A stretch of DNA of 64,000 nt from Chara braunii. Its lineage: Eukaryota; Plantae; Charophyceae. The DNA is taken from positions 1,687,588-1,751,587 of the forward strand of contig BFEA01000020.1 in NCBI GenBank assembly GCA_003427395.1, written 5' to 3'. Positions 12,227-25,075 of the stretch are shown here, piece by piece. How positions within the stretch are numbered: position 1 is the first letter of the stretch; each line of letters starts with the position of its first letter. The position numbers and the translations under genes were made by a program. The notes below the pieces were generated by a model. The model made no database searches. It was given only the letters and a program-made list of their open reading frames with translations, and was not told where the DNA came from.

Positions 12227-12599
12227 TCAGCTACCCTGCTTTCCCGAAAACAAATTAAACCTAGACAGCAAATCTAGCCATGACGACGGGAGAGAAGGAA
12301 TTGGAGTTCCTTCATTGGGAGCATTACCCAGCTTTGAATTTAGGAAAACGTATCGGAAGGAGATGGCAGGCAATACTTGAAGCAAAGGTGGACCACTCAC
12401 ACTACCCAACGGTAGAATACTTACTCCACGCCTTCCTGCGATACAAGCAGCCTTGATTACTCCCTTCGGGAAGGATTGACAGCCAGCATGCCTGTACCAC
12501 AGAATCTGACAGACGAAAGGTTCCCTTAGAAACACTCTGAGACCCGGAGGCAGCTTAAGAACAACGAAAGGTTCTCTTAGAAAAACTCTGAGACCTGGG

Positions 12600-12735
12600 G
12601 GCAACTGGACCAAAATGGCTGGCCAGGCCAGTCAAATCGAAATAAGAATGCTGCACTGGTGTTCGGCAAAGTTTGGCGCACAGGGGGAATCCGCCTAGTA
12701 CAAAAGAGGCTCGGATGTACTGGTGGTTTAATGGG
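12600..12735. repeat. Dispersed repeat family X, copy 2 (inverted)
   Basis: ggaccaaaatggctgg..ttcggcaaa..cagggggaatccgcc..tcggatgtactggtggtt matches the reverse complement of 5870-6000. Confidence 0.65.
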
Positions 12736-13266
12736 GTCATCTTCACTCCATTGCCCCCATATGTTGATGCCTCAGTTGCTTTAACCTCTCTCTTTTCCAC
12801 AGCAGACAAATACTATACTCATTAGCCTGCTCACTAATCACTAACCGCCAGCATGTAATGCAATACAACTATAGCCTCACATTTCAGGCAGCTACTGCCT
12901 GCCCTTGCTAGCAAAGAAAAAGATGACCTTCAGCAAATGCTGGGCCTTGCTAACCAGTGAACGGCTGGCCTTGCTAGGACACACACCCCCTTGGGATGAC
13001 GCAGGTTAGCTATTACAGACACTGCTTGCGCACCACCCAAGGGGTAGCTCACGGTTGTTGTATGTTGGGACTGGACGATGATAGGGTATCCTGATGTTCT
13101 TGGTCTACGGGTGGTCACGCGACTGTTGGGTGGTTTGTACAGTCTGGTTTACTCGAGCCCAGCAGAGCACATCTTCAGACTACTTCACAGTGTATGTCAA
13201 TACGACTCAACAGGTTAGGTCATTTGCACGATTCACACGAGGTCCTGTGTTCGATACCAGATTATG

Positions 13267-14065
13267 ACTTAGGGCTGGTCATCCTCCCAGTACGTAGTCA
13301 AGGATTGAGGCTGGCATAGCAGTTCCTTAGTACGGGATGTTGGGGGTGTATACTGCACTTCACCGCGGGGCCGGAACGGGGTCCAGGGACATACGAGGGA
13401 ACAGAGGATTGTCTAGCTCTCACAGTTTATCATACAACACAAGGTTCTCCAGGGTCGATCGATATAGTCCATGATCCAGGACTTAGGGTTGGTTGTCCTC
13501 CTAGTACGTAGCTTAAGGGTTGAGGCTGGCATAGCAGTTCCTTAGTACGGGATGCCGGGGGTGTCAGGAGATACTGCACCATACCACGGGGCCGGAACGG
13601 GCTCCAGGGATATAAGAGGGAACAGAGGATCCCCAGCTCTCTCTATCGACGATTCTCCAGGGTCCATACACATAGTCCATGATACAGTCCATGATTCACG
13701 ACTTAGGGTTGGCTATCCTCCTAGTACGTAGCTTAGGGCTTGAGGCTGGCATAGCAGTTCCTTAGTACGGGATGTCGGGGGTGTTGGGAGATACTGCACC
13801 TTACTGCGGGGCCGGAACGGGCTCGAGGGATATACGATGGAACAGGGGATTCCCAGCCCTCTACCATCAACACAATAAAACACTGCAATCCACACATGAC
13901 TCAGGGTTGGCTATCCTCCTAGTACGTAGCATATAGGGTTGAGGCTCGCATAGCAGTTCCTTAGAACGGGATGTTGGGGGTGTCAGGAGATACTGCACCT
14001 TACCGCGGGGCTGGAACGGGCTCCAGGGATATACGAGGGAACGGAGGATCCCCAGCTCTCTGCCA
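13267..14065. repeat. Tandem array of 4 units of about 200-220 bp
   Basis: Unit gacttagggttggctatcctcctagtacgtag..ggcatagcagttccttagtacgggatg..gcggggccggaacggg..ccagctctc starts near 13267, 13481, 13699 and 13897. Confidence 0.9.
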
Positions 14066-14512
14066 TCCAAAAACGTAACACTGTGCACCCTCATGAAGAC
14101 CTGTAGTAGCATGTTCATACCTAGCTCCCGAAGTCCCCGTGCAATCGGGCTTGCACGGCGTCTGCTTCAACCAGGGCTGAGCAGGGGGGTTAGGTCTCTC
14201 TGCCTAGCCCAGGTGCCTGCAACCGCTGCCTGGTCAGGTCACCCTGCCAATATGGCAATGGGTGATGGTCCCGGGTGGTTAACACTAGGGTAGGACAGGG
14301 GGGGTGGGGGTGCGCCAGGGCAAAAATGATAAGAGGAAGGGTGGGTGGGGTCTTCAGAGGGATTCAGCTGGACAACCGAGTGGCCGAGTATTGTGGATAA
14401 CTGTCATTGGTCTAGCATCCTGCCTCTACAATAACCTGGGCTGAAAAAAAAAAGAAAAAAAAAAAGAAGAAGAAGAAGAAGAATCACGGAACATTACTTC
14501 TTTTTTTTTTTN

Positions 14513-14569
<57 letters not shown>

Positions 14570-14754
14570 ACTTTTTTTTTTTTTTTTTTTTTTTTTTCAG
14601 TTACAGAACATTCCTGCATCCAGAGTTCAGACAAGAACGGCCTGGGCTTGCTTTTTTTTTTCCCTAGAAAATCAAAACGTAAAGACTTAGCAAATGTTTG
14701 CCCTTGCTAATAAAATAAAGGGGCAAGTACATCGATGTTACTTCTGAGTTTCGG

Positions 14755-14970
14755 ATGTGCCAAAAAACATGCGCCTGCAAAGAGAGCAGTCGCCGAGTTA
14801 CGGAAAAGCAACGCAAGTACTGCGTCCGGGTGTCAGAACTACAGGGTCGGCTGTGGTGTCAGACGGGAAAAGGAAAAAAAAAGGGCCCAACGGATCCTTT
14901 TCTACCGCAGTTGCCGTTTCAAACTCGCGCCGTGATATCTTTGCAGGCGCTTCTTTTTTTTGCCTTTGCG
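14755..14970. repeat. Imperfect fold-back inverted repeat (MITE-like remnant)
   Basis: gcgcctgcaaaga (14771-14783) pairs with tctttgcaggcgc (14938-14950); the match extends imperfectly to about 55 bp. Confidence 0.6.
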
Positions 14971-16429
14971 AATTCAAAACCTGCCGTGTCCGCACTCTCT
15001 TCTAATCTAAAGGATAACATTCAGGAAGTACCTGGCCATGCTAAGAAAACAGAGGATTCCTACAGCTGAAGGGAGAACCAAGATTAGCAAGACACTACCT
15101 CCGGTGAGGAGCTAGTGGGGCTGCTTAGGGTGGGCCCGGCTTAGGTGGGCCCTACTGATGCGGTGAAGGATCTGAAAAAGAATAAAACCAAAGAAAGACG
15201 AATGTTGTGATAATCGGACCTTCATATTGTGCTAGCCGATGTACGTTTCCCATTAAGATTCAGCTTTGGCATTTTTATTTTATTTTTAATTTCACGAATT
15301 CACACCTTTTATAAAAAAAAAAAAAAAGAAGAGGGGTGTATCGCACTCTGCACCAGTGCAATACAGAGGCTTGCCACGCTGGATAGGTTGAGTAACCAAG
15401 CTTGCCTGTATGACCCCTCCGTGGCCCAAAAAACAATAATTTAGTATCCTCATCGTCGAGATAATTTCACACAATTCTCATTTCTACACCTTGGCGGTTT
15501 TGCCAATTGAGTCTTGGGTCCGAGTTAACTAGGCTATGGCTTGGTAAAATTGCTTCTCTTGAGCTGCTTCTTTGCACAAGAGTTCGGATATCAACTTTTT
15601 TTTTTTTTTTTTTTAGTTACAAAATCCTTGCTTTATTATCAGGTCAAATCGAGGCCTGTGCTCTTGTGTTTGTTGAACGAGCTTGAGGCTCATAAGCGAA
15701 ACTGGCTGATGCTGCCAGGATAACTGGATATCAACATATCACGCGTGCGCAGGCTGCTGGTTCCCAAAACCCTGCCTAGTACCTACCCCTGTTGTCTGTC
15801 TCGTAATTGACTTTAGACCTCCTCCTTGCAGCCCATTGGCTGGCTGCACATAAGCCGGCTGCGCGAAGCATGGTAACCTGCAGGGTATCTATCGGTTGCG
15901 GTATGCCAGCTTCCCGCCATCACCCTGCCTTTTGAAATGCCACCTCTTCCAACACCCCGACCTTCTCTGACTCCAGTCACTCGACCTATCCGTCTTCCCC
16001 CAACTGACTGTTCGGCAGGGCAGCTGCACCTTCCATACAATACACGCTATTTTAATACGACTTTTCTCCTCCTCCCTCTTTGATTCTGGTTACCATGCTA
16101 TGCATCTGGTCATAGTGCCCGACTGCAGGGTGTGTCCAGGTGGCAAAGGTTCATCGTGCCTGGGCAGAGAGAGAGGATGTGGACCGGCCGCACCCGTAGA
16201 GGTGGTAGGTTGGGTCAAGCCGAGAAGCAGGGTAGAGAGTGGATCTGCGTGACCGCAGTGAGGCCCTCCCCTTTTAATTAAAAAAAAAAAGGAAACTGAT
16301 TGATTGATTGATTGATTGAAAAAAAAAAAAAAAAGTGAGCCTCGTGTTCACACGTGTGTGTGTGTGTATGTGCGTGTAAGTGTGTGTGTGTGTGTTCGCA
16401 GGGGGCATGCGTGTGTGTGTGTGCGCCCG

Positions 16430-16860
16430 CAGGGGGGTGGGCGACACCCCTGCTACCAACCAATCAATCAATAAAAACAAAAAAAAGTTGGAAAAAAAAC
16501 ACAAAAACGCACGGGCGTGTGTGTGTGTTGTGTGCGCGCACGAGCAGGGGGATTGGGCAGCTCCCCTTGCAATCAACCAATCAATCAACCAGCCAACCAA
16601 TCAATCCATCTGTGTTTGTTGATAACGAAAAAAGAAAGAGCAGGGGGGGTGGGCGACCCCCCTGCTACCAACCAATCAATCAATAAAAACAAAAAAAACT
16701 TGGAAAAAGAAACAAAAACGCACGGGCGTGTGTGTGTGTGTGTGTGTTGTGTGCGCGCACGAGCAAGCGGGGTGGGCAGCTCCCCCAACAATCAACCAAT
16801 CAATTAATCAATCAACCAACCGACCAATCAATCCATCTGTGTTTGTTGATAACAAAAAAA
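16430..16860. repeat. Tandem duplication (about 215 bp x2) rich in (TG)n and (CAAT)n
   Basis: gcagggggg.tgggcgac..ccctgctaccaaccaatcaatcaataaaaac..atccatctgtgtttgttgataac occurs twice. Confidence 0.85.
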
Positions 16861-17129
16861 GAAAGAAGAAAAAAAAGGAAGTTAAAAAAACGTTTCTCTT
16901 TTTCAGCTTAAATGCGTACGTTCTTTTTGTTTTTCATTTTTTTTCTAAATAAAAAATGAAGTCCACTTCCAGAAGAAGAAAAAATGGGGTCATAGGTTTT
17001 TTCCCTCTTCTAAGCCTGAAAAAAATGCTGGGACTTCGCAACCGCTGCCCGACTGCCCGAGGTTGAGGCCGCGGTCGTGGTCTCGGCCACCAGCCAAGAA
17101 AAACCCCACGGTCATGACAACGGGGTACA

Positions 17130-17950
17130 CATAGGCTATGTGTGGTGTGGCGGACCCACCGGGTGAGGTGGTCCGCCTGGGATAGAGATGGAGATGGGAG
17201 GACGAGGGTGGAGCAAGATGGCACAGCGCAGCTCCCACACAGACTCCAACGCACGTACTCCAAACTGTGCGACGCACGCGCATGGCCAGCAGCTGCCCAG
17301 GTTCAAAGCCTGGCAGCAGCATGCATCCCGGATCTTGATATAACTAATCCGGGAGTGGGGCGGGGCGGGGCGGGGCAGCGGGGCAGCGTGGGCACGTGAC
17401 GCGTGCGTGTGCGTGTGGGGCGGCCTTGGCCTTGGCGCGCAAGCGCGCACGCGTAGTAATCACCGTCTCTCTTTTCTCGCCACGTGTCACTTCTTCCCTG
17501 CTGCACCTCTCGTCACGATTTCCCGCTGTTTTTCGCTGGAAACGCCCGAAAAACAGCCAAAAAACCCGCTGTCGGGCTTTGCAGTATTTCCTGATATGCA
17601 GGTGTGGTGGGTGGGAGCGGGGAACGTTCCCGCTCTGATACCAGTGTGGCAGAACCACCGGGTGAGGTGCGCCGCCTGGGATAGAGATGGAGATGGAGCA
17701 TGAGGGTGGAGCAAGATGGCACAGCGCAGCTCCCACGCAGACTCCAACGCACATACTCCAAACTGTGCGAATGTAAAATGACCCAAAATACAGACTCTGG
17801 CTGGGGTATCCCCCAGCAGGCTGACTGGACTGGCCTGGACTGGCTGGTACCGACAAAGGTACCGGCCTGGACTGGACTACCCCGAATACAACACAGGCCT
17901 GTGAGAACAGGCCAAGGGGCTGGTCTCACAGGCCAACCAGAGGTCCACTA
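17130..17950. mobile_element. Non-autonomous DNA transposon-like repeat, copy 1 (terminus TAGYGGACCTCTGG)
   Basis: About 600 bp homologous in inverted orientation to 43093-43700. Internal duplication 17158-17270 / 17657-17770. Palindromic subterminal motifs; similarity ends sharply at ..GGTCCACTA. Confidence 0.7.
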
Positions 17951-18539
17951 TAAGAGTTTTCCATGGAATAACTGCGCATAGCACACTGCGAACATACAAA
18001 CAGCAAAAACGGCTAAGTGGACTCGGGTGAAAGTCAAAGCACCAGTACATGAGCACCTGGGCCGCAGGTCTGACACCTCAAATTCTGGAGGCGCGAAACG
18101 AAAATGTGGCCGCCACTTGAGTTTATCGACGGCGGGCCTTGCATTTGACATTTCGGCCTCGTTCTCTTGTGACAACCAAGTTTCGGACTGCCAGGCTGGG
18201 GCCATGTACTTATGGTTTAAGCCCCAAGATGAGCACTCAACCCCACCCCAGCGCAGGTACTTGTTGTCCCCCATGACCGGGTGTACCCAGTCATACACAC
18301 CCAATAGACGCATCGATGCAGCCACCAACCAGTGTTCACGCACTGGCGGATGCTATGATAGTCATATGCCCGAACACGTTTATGAGCCATTCGTGCGAAC
18401 GCGCAAACACGTTCGCCGTGCTAGACATACTTCCAAGGGTTTCCTCTGATTCTGGATCCGAGGAACTTTCATCCGATTCTGGAAACACGCTGGGAGCCAG
18501 TCCTCGGCTTCACAGCTCAATTCAGAGTGGCCCCCCTCT

Positions 18540-18680
18540 GCTAAACCACCGGTACTTCCAAGGCATTTTTCCCAATGCTGGAAACGCGCTGTGAGCCAAA
18601 AAAAAAACAAACCAACACAGCTTTCTTTGGGCCAGTGTTGCCAGCCATTTTGCTCCAATACCCCAGGCCCAAAAATTGCA
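18540..18680. repeat. Dispersed repeat family X, copy 3
   Basis: aaccaccggtacttcc..gccagccattttgctcc..gccc resembles 5874-6020. Confidence 0.5.
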
Positions 18681-19191
18681 GTCCATTAACCGACCAGGGT
18701 GGAAACAAATGGATGGGACAAATCCTGGTGGTTTAAATCTGAGGCTTGCTATTCCAGTTAAGTGTGTGTGAAAAGACCCCTCAAGCTGGTAGTGTGTGTG
18801 AGCAGGACCTCAAGCTGGCAGTACATGTGAGCAGGACCTCAAGCTGGTATGGGAGGTTCCAGCTCAGGACTTCAAACACAAAATCCTCGGCCTCAACCGC
18901 ATAGTTGGGACTGGCCCCACAAGGGAACCGCACTCCACACGGCACAAGATCGCCAATCACAATCTACAAACACCCATCTTGCCTAGTTGAACCTACCTCA
19001 ATATGTCTGGACATAACTAATAACTCAGATACGACTGAAGGGTCCAGGGACATAACTAATAACTCAGATACGACTGAAGGGTCCAGGGCCTCCAGGCCAC
19101 TGGGCGGGAAATAGAGGGCCACATTCTAAATTCAGTGCGCATACAGGAGCCGACATCTGAATCAGGGATCCGATTCCAGAACCTACAAAGA

Positions 19192-19353
19192 CACCAACGG
19201 GGCTAGCTCAGTTGGTACACCCGTGAACTCTCGAAAAACATACTCAAGTTCGGGTCCCAAAACTAGCAGATGAACAAAATAAAATCATTCTGAATTGCCT
19301 GGGGCCGGTCAGTTCAATGATGATATCTCAAGACCGTCACCCTTAAAAAAAAA
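19192..19353 (+). mobile_element. tRNA-derived SINE, copy 1
   Basis: A-box TAGCTCAGTTGG, B-box-like GTTCGGGTCC, body ggtcagttcaatgatgatatctcaa and an A tail. Head shared with 28920, body shared with 36421. Confidence 0.7.
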
Positions 19354-19426
19354 CTAATAAAAAATTAATAATAATTAGTGGTAGGTAGGTAGTGTGAGGT
19401 GAAATTGAGAGAAGAACATAGCTTTG

Positions 19427-19460
<34 letters not shown>

Positions 19461-19553
19461 AGAAAGACGGACAAAATTCACAGGGCCTGGCCCTGAATGT
19501 GGCCATGGGGTAGAAAGGGGCTAGAATTCGGCAGATAGGGCACATAATTCACA

Positions 19554-19894
19554 AGGCCTGACCGTGAATCTGGAGCCCTACTCCACGGGTAGGAAGGGGC
19601 TAGAATCTGGTAGATAGGGTACACAGCAGGGAGGCTTCCCCTTACCATTATCTGCTATTGTTCAACTCTTGCTGGCTAGAAATTATATCTTAGTCCTTCA
19701 GGACATCCGTTAAAATTGGAACGATACAGAGAAGATTAGGCCTGACCGTGAATCTGGAGCCCTACTCCATGGGTAGGAAGGGGCTAGAATCTGGTAGATA
19801 GGGTACACAGCAGGGAGGCTTCCCCCTACCATTATCTGCTATTGTTCAACTCTTGCTGGCTATAAATTATATCTTAGTCCTTCAGGACATCCGT

Positions 19895-19921
<27 letters not shown>
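19554..19921. repeat. 184-bp tandem duplication that includes the U6 5' portion
   Basis: aggcctgaccgtgaatctgg.. starts at 19554 and 19738; about 3 differences between copies. Confidence 0.9.
19693..19739 (+). pseudogene. U6: U6 snRNA 5' fragment (product of the local duplication)
   Basis: GTCCTTCAGGACATCCGTTAAAATTGGAACGATACAGAGAAGATTAG. Confidence 0.92.
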
Positions 19922-19926
<5 letters not shown>

Positions 19927-19964
19927 GGCCCCTGCGCAAGGATGACACGCATAAATCAAGAAAT
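19877..19964 (+). pseudogene. U6: 3'-truncated, tailless U6 retrocopy with TSD
   Basis: U6 from nt 1 to ..AAATCAAGAAAT, flanked by AAATTATATCTTA (19864-19876) and AAATTATATCTCA (19961-19973). Confidence 0.95.
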
Positions 19965-22957
19965 TATATCTCATGTATGTTTTCCACCCCTGGGCCAGTA
20001 CAGCACAGAAATGCACCACGAGGTGCCCAATGAAGAGGCCAGACACACGGTGATTGCTGGCAGCAGGAAGCCAATGATTATCCTGACACAGTAAGGCCTC
20101 CTCCCGACCCATCCTCATGTCAATACCCTACCAGTACTGAAGCACAAGTACATCCAGCTATCGGCCGCGGGCGCCCGTCAGAATCCGGTAGGCAACACAG
20201 GCCACCAATTTTTTTTTTTGACGGCACGCCTGCGCTGTCTTTTTCGGGAGAAACTCGTATGCGACGAGTTTCTTTTCAGCAAGGCTGGGGCCGTGTACTA
20301 GCGGGTAAGGGCAACTTGGACCGAGTAGCAGTGACAAGCACCCAGGCTGGGCAGTACCCAGCCCTAGTGGAAGTGGAAGCGGACGAACCATATGCCGTAC
20401 GGGAACTCTGGATGCCATGCTCATGCAAAGCTGGCACAAGCACCTAGGCAAGGCAAGCTAGCACCCGCAGACATATCCTACCTTCCTTCCCCTGACTTAC
20501 CCAAGGCTAGGCAGAACTCGGACTAGCCGGAGCGGCTTTTATATCCCCACCCTACCCTAGAGTCTATAAGCCATTCAAGAGCAGACCCCCCCCCCCCCTG
20601 ATNCCCCCCCCAGACTAGGCAGTATGTCTTCTACTGGTCGTATAGCCCCCCCTGGAGAAAGCCTCCCCCTGGTTGTATAGAGCCCCTGGAGGTACTCCAC
20701 ATCGACGCAGCAGAGGGCCAACCCTATGTTGTCGACGAATAGACAGCCCCTCCTCCAGGCCCCAGTCATCAGCTGGCCTCCTCGACCCCCAAAGGCACCC
20801 ATGCCTGCTTGATCTATCCTCAGTATTAACTGCCTCCTACCTATCAGCAGATTCCCCCGGTCATCAGCTAGGTTCCTAACTGTAGGGATCGGAAGGGACC
20901 AACAACAAACTCAGTACGTGGTCCACGAACCTATTATAGGCTGTAATCTGAAAACTTGAGACTTGCAAGTGGGCCACCACTTATATTTCCACTAGCCCGT
21001 CGCCTGTCCCTCCGATTGTGCATAGGTATGGTTGTGTGTGTATGTGTAGATGTCTAACCCTGCTGACCAGTTGCATACAGTTGTATAGTCGTATATACAA
21101 TTATACGGTTGTCAGTGCCCGTAGGCAGTGTATGGTAATATGTGTAGTGTATGGAGGCAGTGGCATGTGGGGTATGTGAAGAGACGACAGGCCAAGCTGA
21201 ACAAGGACTCCCATAAAGTCCCCAGCCAGACTCGAACCCACTAATGGTACCTATGTGTAGTATGGCAGACTGGGGAGATCAGCAGAGGAACAGCGACAAG
21301 CAACCCACGCAGTGTCGAGACCCGACATACAGTGGTGCACAGGCAGTGTCCGTAATAGCTTACCTGCGTCAGCCCAAGGGGGTATCCAAGTGACCATACA
21401 TTATGCAAACACCCTCCAGTTCTCGGCACAGAGGTGTGGAGTTTTGAACACACAACCTCAGAGCACAATGCACATAACCACTGAGCCCCAGGCCACTTGC
21501 AGTTTCAAACTCCTCAAGCGCTGGCTGGCAAGGAGGGCTGAAGCTAGCAAAAACCAAAAAATAGTAATAGCCACTGGACGGCCAAGAATGAAACCCTGTG
21601 ACGCTGCTCTTTTTTCTTTTTCTTTTCTTTTTTGAAGAAACACCCCAAGTAGTTGGTAGGGATGCTGATAAGAGCAGTCTCCACTAGCAAGCTCATGGAC
21701 GCTGCTCGTTTGGGTTGCACAGACTTACATCTGGACATGACATTCAAAATAGTGTCCACGACTGCGTGTCTACAACAATCCAGTTCTTTTTTTCCCCATT
21801 ACAAACCTATTTGATATTCACTAGCTACATTCAGTGTGACCAACTTATAACCACTAGACCGAGTGCGGCTGACATGAGAAATGAAGCGCCAGTAATTTTA
21901 TCTGTGGCATAGCTGATTGGCTCCCACTACAGCTCAAACAACAGCCAAGCCATGGAACGGGCAGTAGAGACCTGCTCCATGACCACTGCAAAGAAAACAA
22001 CACTCCACACACAACAAAGAATCAACAAACCCTTAAGAAATTGAAGTCAAATTATACATAGATGTAGATGTTAATAACCAGATCAGTAATTAATCGTGAT
22101 TGACACAATAATGTTAGGTCCTACCACCCCTCACTGGCCCTCAGAGGAGAGCACAAAAGAACAACACTGAGGTGAGAGAAGTCAGCATGGATGTCTCAGT
22201 TCAAACTTCAAACGGAAGAACTCAACAGAAGAAGATGTTCCGTTCCAAATCCAAGACCGGCTGCAAATCACCTGTCAAAATCCATTATGCAATTCAAAAT
22301 GCCATACTAAAACGAGGATCAAATAAGTGCAGCAACAACTAAAAGGTACTAAACTCTATTCTTGCTGCGGAGCCTCGATACACATGGTCTTTTCCCTCTC
22401 CTCTGCCGTTCAACCAAACGGGTTAACAACAACATCGACCCCCATGCACTTCATGTCACTGTACCTACCACTCCACTAACGACCGGCGCCTACAGAAGAC
22501 TCCCAAGCACTGAAAGGTTACACATGCCCGATCCATTCAGACATCATATGCATATGAACCTCTTGACAATCACAGGGATTACAAACTCAGATGCAGCATG
22601 GTAGAATCAGGTAGTTGAGCGCAATGCCCCAAACACAAATATGGCAAGTGTGTAAGCATGTGTGTTCACATGTTTGCTATATGTGTTGTCAACTTATCTT
22701 TGCTATTCACAATACCAAAACAGCATGATTGTCCCAGACAGTTAGCACTTTCACCAACTCATCAGGAGGTTGGTCCAAATACTCCCAGGATGCATTCGAC
22801 TGATGAAAGAGGACTAACCGCATCGCCCAGACAGGGCCAGAGTTAGCAACACCCCTGAGAAAACCCTCAACAAAAATGGCAGCAAGCCCAATGAAGTAAT
22901 CAGTGCAGTAAGGCGGAGAAACAGTGCCATAATACCCACTCTACACCCCCACTCATC

Positions 22958-23041
<84 letters not shown>

Positions 23042-23279
23042 NNNNNNNNNNNNNNNNNNNNNNNNNNNNNNNNNNNNNNNNNNNNNNNNNNNNNNNNNNN
23101 NNNNNNNNNNNNNNNNNNNNNNNNNNNNNNNNNNNNNNNNNNNNNNNNNNNNNNNNNNNNNNNNNNNNNNNNNNNNNNNNNNNNNNNNNNNNNNNNNNNN
23201 NNNNNNNNNNNNNNNNNNNNNNNNNNNNNNNNNNNNNNNNNNNNNNNNNNNNNNNNNNNNNNNNNNNNNNACACGCACA

Positions 23280-23339
<60 letters not shown>

Positions 23340-23416
23340 AGACTTGTCCTACATAGGCAGAGAGACAAACACTGCAACAGTCCAACAGAGAGAGGGACAG
23401 TGCATGCACACACACA

Positions 23417-23461
<45 letters not shown>

Positions 23462-23817
23462 AGGTGAGGTAGAGGGGAGGGAGTTGGATTTTAACACGGT
23501 ACAAATCAAGTCTTTCCAATAACTCAGTTGATTAGAGCGTTTTCTTTTCTTTTATTTGATGTCAATCTAGTCCCCAAAAGAAAATACAATGTTGGACCTG
23601 GAAATTCTCACCACCTTTGTCACTTCGTGACGACCGGCTCACAAAGAACGTACAGTCTCCTCTACACTACCCACTAGCTGCTGACTAAAAGCAGCGGCAG
23701 CCACAACAACGTCAATTTTTATTGACAGCAACGGCTATTCACTTCTTTCAAAAATCAGATTCCCCCCGGGAAATTTGGTAACCTACAAAATCAGTCAAGC
23801 CAAAGATAACAAAAAAA

Positions 23818-23865
<48 letters not shown>

Positions 23866-24182
23866 TGTTTGAGCGGGCGTGTGTGTGCGTGTATGGTGAC
23901 CTTTTTCGTTCTCTCCCTTGGTCTCTCTTCATCATTCTCTAGAATCTCTACCAATCAAACCTCAGGCTATCTAATCTAGTTTAATCCTATCTACATCTTA
24001 TTGACCACACAATGAACAATCGCCCGCTCGAACTCTGAAGACTCTGTGAAGAGTCTGAACCAGTACAAGAAGACTGATGGAGCTGCCAGAGCATTACACA
24101 TGCACACAATCAAAGTGTGCATTTCTTTGTCAGTAGCATCCTCCGTATGATTATCACGCTGCAAGGAATAACTACATCCATT

Positions 24183-24299
24183 TTATATGATGGCGCCGTG
24201 AGGAATGGTTGCATCCTTAATGACGGTCACAATACCACCCTTGATGTAGTACCCCTCCTCTTCCCTCTCGAGTTCCAGCACATTATCCTTGTTGACAAT
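24183..24299 (-). CDS. APS1: ADP-glucose pyrophosphorylase small subunit, exon 5 (last, 117 bp)
   Basis: Translated by hand as IVNKDNVLELEREEEGYYIKGGIVTVIKDATIPHGAII*. CAG acceptor at 24302-24300. Missed by the ORF track. Confidence 0.93.
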   Translation of the reverse strand: MVNKDNVLELEREEEGYYIKGGIVTVIKDATIPHGAII

Positions 24300-24839
24300 C
24301 TGGTCACACACAGCGCCGTGTCACACCCGCACACAACAGACATACAGTGTGAATATCAGTCCAGTAAACACCCAAGTTCAATCAACTCAAGGAAAACTGT
24401 TACGTGTTTTTTTTTAAATCTGCAGTTATGCTATTTAAAAAAAAAAATATACAGTTTCTCCTAAGAGCATACACCACCAATCAGTCATGTATGAATCAAT
24501 TAAAGTATCATTCTTCCAAGACCAAAATGGTATTCAGACTATTTTCCGGGAAACTGACCAGAGCGAGATCCAGTTAAGCGCCTAGAAACAACAAAAAACA
24601 AATTGAAACACTTGGTGCCACACATCATTATGATAAGAACATCTACTTTTGCAAAATCAGAAACAGCCCTTCCCAATAGTCTGCTCAGTGCTCAACCCCT
24701 CCAGATATCCATCATGCACACATGATAACAACATCGAATTCAGAGCGGGAGGAAAAAAAAAGCACATTCAAAGGACACAAATAACCACACACCAGATTAT
24801 GATGACAAACTCGTACGAGTCGTATCCAAAGCAAATCAG

Positions 24840-24990
24840 AAATAGCCCAGTCACCCAAGCCCCTGCTGGCCTTAACACTGCGCCCCAAGCTTTAACTCCA
24901 AGCTGCACCAAGTACAGTTTTCTCTTCTGGCTGGCAGCCTGGCGCCACCAGCCATTGTGGTCCGGTGGCCCCGAGCCTCCAAAATTTCAG
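24840..24990. repeat. Dispersed repeat family X, copy 4 (AGPase intron 4)
   Basis: ctggctggcagcctggcgccaccagccattgtggtcc..gccccgagcctccaaaattt. Confidence 0.55.
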
Positions 24991-25013
24991 GAGTGAACCA
25001 CCGTGTACTGGCG

Positions 25014-25075
25014 ATTTAAATTGCAACAATATAGAGAAGATAAACAAGATGAGATACAAATCAAGAAATGGTCCC
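25014..25075 (+). pseudogene. U6: Highly degenerate U6 retrocopy with internal deletion
   Basis: taaattgcaacaatatagagaagata..gatga..aaatcaagaaatggtccc followed by an A-rich tail; colinear with U6. Confidence 0.65.

Noticed and set aside
22150-23700. Possible extra minus-strand exons (acceptor near 22272, donor near 23598) downstream of the AGPase stop
   Set aside because: No coding signal; they could be 3' UTR exons but cannot be supported without transcript data.
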